In this document: piece by piece, positions 6,333-15,257 of the stretch
Numbering within the stretch: position 1 is the first letter of the stretch
How the letters are laid out: each line of letters starts with the position of its first letter
The notes under the pieces: generated by a model
Databases searched by the model: none
What the model saw: the letters and a program-made list of their open reading frames with translations, nothing else
Told to the model about the DNA's origin: nothing
Assembly (NCBI GenBank): GCA_030604855.1
Contig: JAUVVC010000004.1
Location: forward strand, 120,001-152,000
Length of the DNA stretch: 32,000 nucleotides
Reading direction: 5' to 3'
Source: Erysipelotrichaceae bacterium
GTDB taxonomy: Bacteria > Bacillota_I > Bacilli_A > Erysipelotrichales > Erysipelotrichaceae
Program-made: the position numbers and the translations under genes

Positions 6333-8846
6333 ATGGAAAAATTAACACCCATGTTAAAACAATATATGGACGTAAAGGAAGCAAATCCGGATGCTTTGGT
6401 GATGTTTCGCTTGGGTGATTTTTATGAGCTCTTTTTTGAAGATGCAAAAATTGCTTCACTCGAATTGGATCTGGTGCTTACGGGTCGTGCCGCAGGGGAT
6501 AATCAAAGAGCTCCGATGTGCGGTGTCCCACATCATGCGGCTGGGGGCTATATTCAGAAACTGGTGGATCGTGGGTTTAAAGTTGCGATCGTGGAACAGA
6601 TGGAAGATCCGTCTGTTGCAGTCGGTTTGGTTAAGCGGGATGTGGTTAAGATCGTCACGCCAGGAACGATGGTGGATGAACTTATTGAAGACAAAGATCG
6701 TCACTACATTGCTTCCATTGAGCATTTTGCAGGAGAATACACCTTATTACTGTGTGAATTGATTTCAGGTCAACTTGAATTGCATAACTTTAAAGCTGAT
6801 GCTTCCTTGTTAAGAGCGACAATCTTGAAATATCAAATTCGTGAACTGGTGAGCTCAAGTCATTTGGATGCCCGAAGTCTTCAAGTCATACGTTCAATTC
6901 CGTATCTAACCTTATCGTATTGTGATGAGCTTGAAATCGATGAAGCGTATTTGAAACAAGTCGCAAAAATCACCGATGAACAGAAACGCCGCGTCTATGG
7001 ACGATTGCTTCAATATCTCTTAAGGACACAAAAACGATCACTCTATCATCTTAAAGAAGTGGTGGATACCTCTATGCAGAAGTTCATGCGCATGGATTAT
7101 GCTACGATGCTTAATTTGGAGCTGGTAGAGGCACTCCGGAATCAAGGAAAGAACAATACCTTATTTAGTTTTCTTGATCAATGTAGGACATCCATGGGCT
7201 CACGTTTGTTAAAGGATTGGATCATGCATCCTCTGTATGATCTGGATGCGATCCTTAAACGACAAGCTCAAATCGAGTATTTATTAAAAGATTATATCAA
7301 ATTCGATCGTCTTCAAGAACGATTGAACCTGTGTTATGACGTACAGCGTTTGGTGGGAAGAGTTTCTTTCGGCTCGGCCAATCCACAAGATCTGATGCGT
7401 TTGCGTCAGACCTTGAATCAGGTTCCTGAAATCTTAAGCTTGATGGACGATTCGGTTTTTGTGCCTTTGAATCAAATCAATCCTCTGCATGAACTCACAC
7501 AAATTCTGAATGATGCTTTAAACGATGAATGTCCACCTACCTTGAAAGATGGCAATATCTTTAGAACAGGTTATCATGAACACTTGGATGAGTTGAGAGA
7601 TATTCAAAACTCAGGACAGAAATGGCTGCTTGAGTTTGAAGCACAAGAGCGTGAACGGACACAAATCAAGAATTTAAAAATTGGATACAACCGTGTCTTT
7701 GGGTATTACATTGAAGTATCCAAAGGCAACATTTCAATGATTAAGGATGAGTTTATGTATGTACGCAAACAAACTCTGAGCAATCAAGAACGTTTCATCA
7801 CCCCTGAACTCAAAGAAATGGAAGATAAGATACTCCATGCTTATGATCGAAGCCTAAAACTTGAACAGGATCTTTTCACCGCATTAATCGATCGGATACG
7901 TTTGAATCTGTTTGAACTACAAGCGATTGCGGATGCTTTATCGCATTTTGATGTCGTATCTTCCTTGTGTCGTATTGCGAAGGACCATCATTATATCAAA
8001 CCGAACTTCCATGCAGGTTTTGATTGTGCCATCAAAGAAGCACGTCATCCTATCTTGGAAACAAAAACGAAATATGTGTCCAATTCCACTGAGATGAGTC
8101 AATCCCAAATGATTCACATTCTGACCGGACCGAATATGGGTGGGAAAAGCACCTACATGCGTCAATTGGCGTTGGTGATCATCCTTGCTCAAATGGGATC
8201 TTATGTTCCAGCTAAGAAAGCGGATCTTCCTTTGATCGATGCCTTATTCACGCGTATGGGTGCGAGCGATGACATCTTGTCGGGTCAATCAACCTTTATG
8301 GTCGAGATGATCGAAGCCAATACGGCACTACAGAATGCGACTCAAGATTCTTTGGTTCTCTTTGATGAGATAGGCCGAGGAACATCGACTTTTGATGGAA
8401 TGGCTTTGGCTCAGGCCATGGTGGAATATCTTGCGACGGTTGTGAAATGCAAGACTATCTTTTCAACGCATTATCATGAACTGACGCAATTGGAACACTC
8501 TCTTCCACAAGTCAAAAACATGCATGTGGAAGTCTTTGAAGAAAACAATGAAGTCACCTTTTTATATCGAGTCAAACATGGACGTGCGGACCGTTCGTAT
8601 GGTGTCAATGTGGCACGCCTGGCTCATCTTCCCAGTGCGATCATCGATCGAGCGGGTCAGTTGATCACAGAACTTGAAAGCAAGAAACGTGTCGTCCAAC
8701 AAAGCATGGCGATTGTGGAAATGGTTACCATCCCTAAAGCCCTTCAACACATTGAAGCGGATTTGAAGCAAATCGACATCAATCAAACAACACCTCTTGA
8801 AGCGTTGGCGTATTTAGATGCTTGGAAAAAGCAGATGAAGGACTGA
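6333..8846 (+). CDS. mutS: DNA mismatch repair protein MutS
   Basis: TPMLKQYMDVKE, FRLGDFYELFFEDA, Walker A GPNMGGKSTYMRQ and STFMVEM...DEIGRGTST are present. The start at 6333 follows GAGGA. The track start at 6276 was rejected. Confidence 0.97.
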   Translation: MEKLTPMLKQYMDVKEANPDALVMFRLGDFYELFFEDAKIASLELDLVLTGRAAGDNQRAPMCGVPHHAAGGYIQKLVDRGFKVAIVEQMEDPSVAVGLVKRDVVKIVTPGTMVDELIEDKDRHYIASIEHFAGEYTLLLCELISGQLELHNFKADASLLRATILKYQIRELVSSSHLDARSLQVIRSIPYLTLSYCDELEIDEAYLKQVAKITDEQKRRVYGRLLQYLLRTQKRSLYHLKEVVDTSMQKFMRMDYATMLNLELVEALRNQGKNNTLFSFLDQCRTSMGSRLLKDWIMHPLYDLDAILKRQAQIEYLLKDYIKFDRLQERLNLCYDVQRLVGRVSFGSANPQDLMRLRQTLNQVPEILSLMDDSVFVPLNQINPLHELTQILNDALNDECPPTLKDGNIFRTGYHEHLDELRDIQNSGQKWLLEFEAQERERTQIKNLKIGYNRVFGYYIEVSKGNISMIKDEFMYVRKQTLSNQERFITPELKEMEDKILHAYDRSLKLEQDLFTALIDRIRLNLFELQAIADALSHFDVVSSLCRIAKDHHYIKPNFHAGFDCAIKEARHPILETKTKYVSNSTEMSQSQMIHILTGPNMGGKSTYMRQLALVIILAQMGSYVPAKKADLPLIDALFTRMGASDDILSGQSTFMVEMIEANTALQNATQDSLVLFDEIGRGTSTFDGMALAQAMVEYLATVVKCKTIFSTHYHELTQLEHSLPQVKNMHVEVFEENNEVTFLYRVKHGRADRSYGVNVARLAHLPSAIIDRAGQLITELESKKRVVQQSMAIVEMVTIPKALQHIEADLKQIDINQTTPLEALAYLDAWKKQMKD

Positions 8847-8847
8847 T

Positions 8848-10542
8848 ATGGGAATCATTCGTCGATTAGATGAACAATTGAGCAACATGATTGCGGCTGG
8901 AGAAGTCATTGAACGACCAATGGCGGTGGTCAAAGAGCTTATTGAGAATGCTTTGGATGCCAAAGCGCGTTTTATTGAGGTCAAAATCGAACAAGGGGGT
9001 GTTGAGGCCATTGAAGTCATCGATGATGGTGTGGGTATGGATCCACAAGATGCACAGTTGGCCTTTGAACGTCATACCACCAGTAAGATTCAAACCAAGG
9101 AACATCTCTTTGCCCCAAACAGTTTGGGTTTTCGTGGTGAAGCCTTACCTTCGATTGCGTCTGTGAGTGACGTGGTTTTGAAGACGTCGAAAGACGACGT
9201 GGGCACCTACGTGCACATTGCTTATGGAAAAGTGATACAAGTCAGACCGCATGCGATGCGCACGGGAACTGAAATACGAGTGGAGGGTTTGTTTAGAAAG
9301 ACGCCTGCTCGTTTCAAACACTTGAAATCAGCTGCGTATGAAGCCTCTTTGATCATCGATGTCATTTCAAAATTCGCACTGAGTCGACCCGATGTGGCAT
9401 TTAAACTCAGTGATGAAAATAAAGTCTTAGTAAATACAAGTGGTACCAATCAACTCTTGGAAGTCTGTGCCCAGCAGTTTGGCAACCGCATCGCACGCAT
9501 GGCACATGAGTTCGAGCTCTCGGACTATGATTTTATGATCAATGGACTCTGGGTCGATCCTCAAGAACATCGCTCAAACAATAAAGGCATTCTGATTTTC
9601 ATCAATCACCGGATCGTACGATCCTGGTATCTCCAGAAAGCCATTGTTGAAGCCTATGCGCCGTATATCCCGAATCATCGATATCCGGTTTGCATCATCA
9701 ATCTAAGCATGGATCCGCAACTGGTGGATGTGAATGTGCATCCAAGCAAATGGGAAGTCCGTCTCTCTAAAGAACAACAAGCATTCTATCTCTTGGTGGA
9801 TGGCTTGAGTAAATTACTAAGTGGTAATGTTCAGCCGAAGCAACACATTGTGGAAGCTTTTCATGAGGAACTTGTTGAGCAGGAAGTTCTCTTTGATGTG
9901 AATCATTATCCAAGTCAAAAGTCCTTTGATTTGGAGGTAAATGAGCAGGAAACAGTTTATCGACATCCGACTTTCCCACATCTTGATTTGATTGGTCAGA
10001 TGCATGGTCGTTATATCTTAGCCAGTTGTGAAGATGATCTTTATGTCATCGATCAACATGCGGCTAAAGAGCGCATCAACTTCGAACTGATCTTAAAGGA
10101 TCTCAATCATACGCCTGAAGTACAAAATCTATTGGTTCCTGTCAGCATCGATGCAAGTCCTGCCTTCATGGAACAATTCGATGCATTTAGAGCTTTTTGT
10201 TCAGCTTTGTTCATTGAGTGTGAAGCACTTTCACATCAAGCCTATGTCATTCGTGGCATACCGATATGGTTAAATCGAACCGATCTACAAGCATTCATGC
10301 AAGATTTGATGGATCGCTTCTTGAATCGAGAGAAAATGGATCAAGCACATCTAAGAGAAAGTGTGATCGCAACCATGGCCTGTCATCGATCGATTCGGTT
10401 CAATCAAAATTTGAGCTCCATTGAAATGCGTAATATCATTGAGGAACTTGCGCATTGTGAACAACCCTATCATTGTCCGCATGGAAGACCCACGCTGGTC
10501 AAATTGAATGCAAAGAGTCTGTGGAAGGATTTTGAACGATGA
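8848..10542 (+). CDS. mutL: DNA mismatch repair endonuclease MutL
   Basis: IAAGEVIERP and ELIENALDA form the GHKL ATPase N-terminus. The C-terminal domain carries the endonuclease motif DQHAAKERINFE and the CPHGRP block. It starts 1 nt after the mutS stop. Confidence 0.97.
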   Translation: MGIIRRLDEQLSNMIAAGEVIERPMAVVKELIENALDAKARFIEVKIEQGGVEAIEVIDDGVGMDPQDAQLAFERHTTSKIQTKEHLFAPNSLGFRGEALPSIASVSDVVLKTSKDDVGTYVHIAYGKVIQVRPHAMRTGTEIRVEGLFRKTPARFKHLKSAAYEASLIIDVISKFALSRPDVAFKLSDENKVLVNTSGTNQLLEVCAQQFGNRIARMAHEFELSDYDFMINGLWVDPQEHRSNNKGILIFINHRIVRSWYLQKAIVEAYAPYIPNHRYPVCIINLSMDPQLVDVNVHPSKWEVRLSKEQQAFYLLVDGLSKLLSGNVQPKQHIVEAFHEELVEQEVLFDVNHYPSQKSFDLEVNEQETVYRHPTFPHLDLIGQMHGRYILASCEDDLYVIDQHAAKERINFELILKDLNHTPEVQNLLVPVSIDASPAFMEQFDAFRAFCSALFIECEALSHQAYVIRGIPIWLNRTDLQAFMQDLMDRFLNREKMDQAHLRESVIATMACHRSIRFNQNLSSIEMRNIIEELAHCEQPYHCPHGRPTLVKLNAKSLWKDFER

Positions 10543-11444
10543 AGAAAGTGCTCGTTATTGCGGGACCAACCGCAAGTGGGAAGACGGCACTGTCAATTCG
10601 CTTGGCAAAAGCCCTGAACGGAGAAATCATCAGTGGGGATTCCCAACAAGTGTACCGTGAACTGAATGTGGGAACGGCTAAGATCACAGAAGAAGCCAAA
10701 CAGGGAGTTCCGCATTATGGTTTGGACTTGGTGAGCTACGATCAAGCATACAGTGTCAAAGATTTTCAGACCATGGCTCGAAGTGCCATTGAGGAGATCT
10801 CGGATAAACACAAATTACCTATTCTCGTGGGGGGGACTGGATTCTATCTCAAAGCTAGTTTGTACGATTATGTGTTTGAAGATGAGATGGCACAAGATGA
10901 AACCTTTGATGAGCTTAGCAATGATGAACTCTATGCGCAATTGAAAAACCTGGATCCTAAGGCTACTGAAAAGATCCATCCCAACAATCGCAAGCGTGTC
11001 TTACGTGCGTTAAACATCGCTTTAAAAGGTGAAACTAAGAGTGATCGCGAAGCGAAACAAAAACATGAAGCCCTCTATGATGTGTTCATGCTTGTGATGG
11101 ATCATCCTAAAGCAGTATTGGATCAGCGCATTGAAGAACGCTTGGATCGACAGTTCATGTATGGTTTGAAGGATGAGGTCGAACGATACTTCAGTCGTGC
11201 TGAACAACGTCAATACCAAAGCTTTCAAGCCATTGGATATAAAGAGTGGAAAGCGTATTTTGATGAGCACTTGTCCGTTGATGAAATCAAGCAAAAGATC
11301 GTCATCGCGACACGTCAATATGCCAAACGTCAGTTGACCTGGTTCAGGCATCAGTTCAATGCATATTGGTACAAACCCAGTCCTGAAAATGAGAAACTAG
11401 TGATACAAGCAATCCAAGCATGGTTGGATAAGGAGATTCTATGA
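10539..11444 (+). CDS. miaA: tRNA dimethylallyltransferase
   Basis: P-loop GPTASGKT, then ISGDSQQVYRELNVGTAK and GGTGFYLKA. ATGA overlap with the mutL stop. Confidence 0.95.
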   Translation: MKKVLVIAGPTASGKTALSIRLAKALNGEIISGDSQQVYRELNVGTAKITEEAKQGVPHYGLDLVSYDQAYSVKDFQTMARSAIEEISDKHKLPILVGGTGFYLKASLYDYVFEDEMAQDETFDELSNDELYAQLKNLDPKATEKIHPNNRKRVLRALNIALKGETKSDREAKQKHEALYDVFMLVMDHPKAVLDQRIEERLDRQFMYGLKDEVERYFSRAEQRQYQSFQAIGYKEWKAYFDEHLSVDEIKQKIVIATRQYAKRQLTWFRHQFNAYWYKPSPENEKLVIQAIQAWLDKEIL

Positions 11445-11938
11445 AAAAAATCGTCGTCGCAGGAGGTTGTTTCTGGGGTGTGGAAGAATATTACCGACGC
11501 TTGAAAGGTGTCGGGGCAACACGTGTGGGGTATGCACAAGGTTTACTTGAAAATCCAAGCTATCAAGAAGTGTGTACGGGGAAGACCTTGCATGCGGAAG
11601 TTGCGGAAATCGAGTATGATCCCAGCGTACTTCCTTTGACTAAAGTTTTGGAACATCTGTTTCGAATCATTGATCCCACATCCTTGAATAAACAAGGGAA
11701 TGATGTGGGAACACAGTACCGGGTTGGGGTCTATCCGGTTGAAGGGGAAGATATGGATGTGATCAAGGCTTATGTGGCTGAAAGACAAAAAGATTATGCT
11801 AAACCATTGGTCTTGGAAATTGAGTATCTTCGTGATTTCTATGATGCGGAAACCTATCATCAGAAGTACTTGGTCAAGAACCCAGGGGGTTATTGTCATG
11901 TGAATATGGGTTTGATCAGACCTGAAGAGAAGAAATAG
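11441..11938 (+). CDS. msrA: Peptide-methionine (S)-S-oxide reductase
   Basis: The GGCFWGVE catalytic motif is present, along with GHAEV-like LHAEVAEIEYDP and QGNDVGTQYR. ATGA overlap with the miaA stop. Confidence 0.95.
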   Translation: MKKIVVAGGCFWGVEEYYRRLKGVGATRVGYAQGLLENPSYQEVCTGKTLHAEVAEIEYDPSVLPLTKVLEHLFRIIDPTSLNKQGNDVGTQYRVGVYPVEGEDMDVIKAYVAERQKDYAKPLVLEIEYLRDFYDAETYHQKYLVKNPGGYCHVNMGLIRPEEKK

Positions 11939-11973
11939 TTAGGACAGTCTGATTTGGATGCATATCTAAGGGT

Positions 11974-12843
11974 ATGCTAAAAATTGAACATCTAAGTAAA
12001 ACGTATCGTAAACATAAAGCGTTGAATGACTGCAGCTTTGAAGCGAAGGCCCATGAGATCCATGGGATTTTGGGACAAAACGGTTGTGGGAAGTCAACGC
12101 TTTTTAAGTCGATCATGGGCTTGATCGATCCCGATCAAGGTGAAATCTACTTTAAAGGAACCAAAGTCTCATTCAAGGATCGCAAACGATTTGGCTACAT
12201 GCCGGAACAACGTTCGCTATTTATGGATTTGACCGTCTTGGAGCAGGCTTTGTTTCTAGGCGAACTGAAGGGAATGGATCAAGAACAGATTCGTATTCGA
12301 CTTGAACAATTGACACAATTATTGAAGTTTGAGAAAGAGCTCTCGACAAAGATTGTTCATCTCTCGAAGGGTCAACAACAAAAACTTCAACTCATCTTAG
12401 CCTTTTTGCATGATCCAGATGTCTTGATTCTGGATGAACCCTTGAATGGCTTGGATTACTTCAGTGTGCAATTGTTCATGCAGGTGTTGCGTAAATGGGC
12501 CAGTGAGGGAAAGTTGATCCTGATATCAAGTCATCAGATGGATTTCATGGATGAGCTTTGCACACATGTATTGGTACTTAACAAGGGCACGATCATCCAA
12601 CAAGGTGAGCTCAATGTCTTGGCTCAACAGGAAGCAGTGTGTATCTCTATCAATGCGGATAGCAATTGGCAAGGGCTAAGCAATACCCATGTCAACGTGG
12701 AGGATAAGGGAAGCAATGTCGAGTTCCGCTATGCGGATTTGAATGAAGCTAAGCGTATGGTCATACGCATGAGTAAAGAAAGAAGCATCACACGTTTGAA
12801 TCTACACACCCCGTCCATGAGCGAATATTTGGAGTTTGAATGA
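11974..12843 (+). CDS. ABC transporter ATP-binding protein (ABC-2 / NatA-like)
   Basis: Walker A GQNGCGKST, signature-like LSKGQQQK and Walker B LILDEP. AAGGG lies upstream of the ATG. Confidence 0.9.
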   Translation: MLKIEHLSKTYRKHKALNDCSFEAKAHEIHGILGQNGCGKSTLFKSIMGLIDPDQGEIYFKGTKVSFKDRKRFGYMPEQRSLFMDLTVLEQALFLGELKGMDQEQIRIRLEQLTQLLKFEKELSTKIVHLSKGQQQKLQLILAFLHDPDVLILDEPLNGLDYFSVQLFMQVLRKWASEGKLILISSHQMDFMDELCTHVLVLNKGTIIQQGELNVLAQQEAVCISINADSNWQGLSNTHVNVEDKGSNVEFRYADLNEAKRMVIRMSKERSITRLNLHTPSMSEYLEFE

Positions 12844-14012
12844 TGGGAACGCTTCTAAAGTTCGCAATCAAGCGACGTTTTTTAAATAAACTCAGCCTAA
12901 GTCTGCAGTTCCTGTTCATACTTATTGTGTTTGGTTTGATGTATGTGGATAGATTGAGTGCTTGGTTTGGTTTGGATCTCCATGAACCATACAAGATCAC
13001 TTTCTCAGATGTACTTGTGAAGAATGACATCGATCAAGAATTATGGGAAAACCAAGGTTTTGAATTGGTAAGCGAACACGCTGACATTCGGATTGATTAT
13101 GATGAGACAGGTTATCGTGTTGAAGGAGTACGGGATGTCATCTTGAAACAACGCATTCAAGCCATTTTGTTGATCCAACATAAACAGAATATCCTCAGGA
13201 CGAGTCAAGAAAGTGTGCATGCCTGGTTGGATGATTATGAAAACATCAAGGTGCATTTTGAAGAAATCGAAGCGGAGCAGACAAGTTTCAAAGCTCAATT
13301 GGCACTCGTGTTCTTAACGGGTTTGTATTTCATGTTGCTTAACTTTATTGCGGTCAATTCCGGTGAGATCATCATGGAAAAGACGACGCACATCATGCCT
13401 TTAATACTAAGCAGTGTCTCTACACGGGCTCATTTCGTCTCCAAGTTGATTCTTGGTATGTTCAGTGTCTTGTTCCAAATCATAAGTTCGATTGCCATAG
13501 TTGGAATCGCTTTGTATCTAAGATATCGGGATGATCGATTTCGTGGTTTGATTCAAGCGGCCTCAAAATATCTTGCGTTACCAGAATTTGAGTTCGAGCT
13601 TCTTATCAAACTATTTGATTTCAAGTTCCACGACCTTCAGCGCTTCGCTTTGGCGTTAATGTTCATGCTGGTGGGAATTTTCATAGTACAATTGTTAATT
13701 CTAGTTCTTGCGAGTCAAGTCAAAAATGCGGAAGAGGCTGCGGCGATACAAGGACCTTTCTATTTGGTGCTTCTACTGATCTATTATCTATCGTTGAGCA
13801 TTCAAAGTCCGGCCTCATTAAGTCATGGATTAGGGTATCATCTATCCTTTGTGCCGGTCTTGTCGATGTTGATGATGCCGATTCGAATCTTTACGCAAGA
13901 TCTTGTATTTGTGGAAATTTGGATTTCTTTAACGATATCATTTGCGCTGATTTTCATCTTACTTGGGCTTACTTATCCTGCTTATGTGAAAGGTTTGCGA
14001 AATATTCGCTGA
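12840..14012 (+). CDS. ABC-2 type transporter permease with a large extracytoplasmic loop after TM1
   Basis: ATGA overlap with the ATPase stop. One N-terminal TM, a ~130-aa hydrophilic loop, then 5-6 TM segments, which is the NatB/YhaP-like architecture. Confidence 0.8.
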   Translation: MMGTLLKFAIKRRFLNKLSLSLQFLFILIVFGLMYVDRLSAWFGLDLHEPYKITFSDVLVKNDIDQELWENQGFELVSEHADIRIDYDETGYRVEGVRDVILKQRIQAILLIQHKQNILRTSQESVHAWLDDYENIKVHFEEIEAEQTSFKAQLALVFLTGLYFMLLNFIAVNSGEIIMEKTTHIMPLILSSVSTRAHFVSKLILGMFSVLFQIISSIAIVGIALYLRYRDDRFRGLIQAASKYLALPEFEFELLIKLFDFKFHDLQRFALALMFMLVGIFIVQLLILVLASQVKNAEEAAAIQGPFYLVLLLIYYLSLSIQSPASLSHGLGYHLSFVPVLSMLMMPIRIFTQDLVFVEIWISLTISFALIFILLGLTYPAYVKGLRNIR

Positions 14013-14112
14013 TTCACTTGTGAAAAGTTTAATTTATTTTCGCAAACTTTTGATTAATTATCCAAGAACTGCCTGAAAGAGTTGATTTCACATCAAAAAT
14101 CTAAGATTTTGA

Positions 14113-14141
14113 TTGCTAGAAATTTAACAAATAACTATAAT
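14113..14141 (+). promoter_or_regulatory. Sigma-A type promoter of the lipoprotein gene (TTGCTA-17-TATAAT)
   Basis: TTGCTA at 14113-14118, a 17-nt spacer, then TATAAT at 14136-14141. A consensus AAGGAGG RBS follows at 14151-14157. Confidence 0.55.
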
Positions 14142-14165
14142 AATCATTGCAAGGAGGAATTTGAG

Positions 14166-15200
14166 ATGAAAAAGTTATTAGTATTAGTTGTTGTTGGTTT
14201 ATTAGCTTTGACCGGTTTGACTGGTTGTTCCGCTAAGACCTATAAGTTTGGTACAGGTAGTTATACTACTGTTTCTGGCCGTGCTGCTGTTGCTGCTGCT
14301 GAAGCTACTGCTACGACAGCTGCTGTAGAAGCTGCTGCTGGACGCGTTCAAGTTACAAGCATTTATGCTGCTGTATTGTTGGATGACGCTGGTAAGATTG
14401 TTTATGTAGACATTGATGCTGCACAAAACCAAGGCACATTTGATGCTGCTGGTGCTGTTGTAAAAGCTGAAGCTGCTCCTACCAAGACTGAAAAAGGTGC
14501 TGACTACGGTATGGTTGCAAACTCTGCAATCGGTAAAGAATGGTTTGAACAAATGGCTGCTTTAGAAGCTTACTTCGTTGGTAAGACCATCGAAGAAATC
14601 AAAGCAACTCCAGTTGAACAAAAAGATGCTACTCACCCAGCTGTTCCTACAGGCGAAGATTTGAAAACTTCCGTTTCGATCTCCATCGAAGGTTACATCG
14701 CTGCTGTTGAAAAAGCTGTTGCAAACGCAGTAGAAGTTAAGGGTGTTGCTAAAGTTGGTGTTGGTTCCGTTGCTTCCGTTTCTGGTCGCGCTGCTACTGC
14801 AGATGCTGCTGGTCGTATCCAAACAAATGTTACCTTTGTTGGTGCTGCTTTGGATAAAGACGGTAAAGTATTGGTTTCTTTCTTAGATGTTGCACAAAAC
14901 CAAGGCACATTTGATGCAATGGGCGCAATCGTTAAAGCTGAAGCTGCTGGCACCAAAAAAGAAAAAGGTGCTGACTACGGTATGAAGGGCAACTCTGCTA
15001 TCGGTAAAGAATGGTTTGAACAAGCTGCTGCATTAGAAGCTTACTTCGTTGGTAAGACTGCTGCTGACATCGAAGCAACCGAAATGGATGCTGAAGGTGT
15101 TGCTGTTGCTGAAGATTTGAAGACCTCCATCTCTGTTGGAATCGACGAATACTTGGCTGCTTACGCTAAAGCATTTGCTAACCTAGTAGACGTTAAGTAA
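14166..15200 (+). CDS. Ala-rich surface lipoprotein with two tandem ~150-170-aa repeats (possible PplA-like FMN-binding modules)
   Basis: Signal peptide MKKLLVLVVVGLLALTGLTGC has the lipobox LTGC. There is a strong RBS and a strong terminator. Codon use is heavily biased (GCT/GGT/GTT/AAA) relative to neighbouring genes. The start at 14166 replaces the track TTG start at 14082, which lies upstream of the promoter. Confidence 0.85.
   Translation: MKKLLVLVVVGLLALTGLTGCSAKTYKFGTGSYTTVSGRAAVAAAEATATTAAVEAAAGRVQVTSIYAAVLLDDAGKIVYVDIDAAQNQGTFDAAGAVVKAEAAPTKTEKGADYGMVANSAIGKEWFEQMAALEAYFVGKTIEEIKATPVEQKDATHPAVPTGEDLKTSVSISIEGYIAAVEKAVANAVEVKGVAKVGVGSVASVSGRAATADAAGRIQTNVTFVGAALDKDGKVLVSFLDVAQNQGTFDAMGAIVKAEAAGTKKEKGADYGMKGNSAIGKEWFEQAAALEAYFVGKTAADIEATEMDAEGVAVAEDLKTSISVGIDEYLAAYAKAFANLVDVK
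14247..15197 (+). repeat. Intragenic tandem duplication (copy 1 14247-14753, copy 2 14754-15197; register 471 nt in the conserved core)
   Basis: Near-identical DNA blocks recur 471 nt apart: GCACAAAACCAAGGCACATTTGATGC (14421 / 14892), GAAAAAGGTGCTGACTACGGTATG, ATCGGTAAAGAATGGTTTGAACAA and TTAGAAGCTTACTTCGTTGGTAAGAC. Confidence 0.9.
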
Positions 15201-15207
15201 TTAAACT

Positions 15208-15244
15208 AAAGGACCTTGGAAGATATATCTTCCGAGGTCCTTTT
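15208..15244. terminator. Bidirectional intrinsic terminator between the lipoprotein gene and rarA
   Basis: AAAGGACCTTGGAAGA-TATA-TCTTCCGAGGTCCTTTT gives a ~13 bp GC-containing stem with one U.G pair. An A-tract 5' and a T-tract 3' allow termination in both directions. Confidence 0.85.
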
Positions 15245-15257
15245 ACTTAGAGGGTGT

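Noticed and set aside
14022-14051. AT-rich inverted repeat AAAAGTTT-N13-AAACTTTT after the ABC-2 permease gene
   Set aside because: It is an 8-bp all-A/T stem with a 13-nt loop and no following T-run, which is too weak to call a terminator or an operator with any confidence.
14202-14956. Three minus-strand ORFs (116, 86 and 87 aa), rich in Ser/Ala/Thr, antisense to the lipoprotein gene
   Set aside because: They are an artefact of the GCT/GGT-biased, stop-poor sense strand, since the reverse complement of GCT is AGC. They have no start context and no independent signals.
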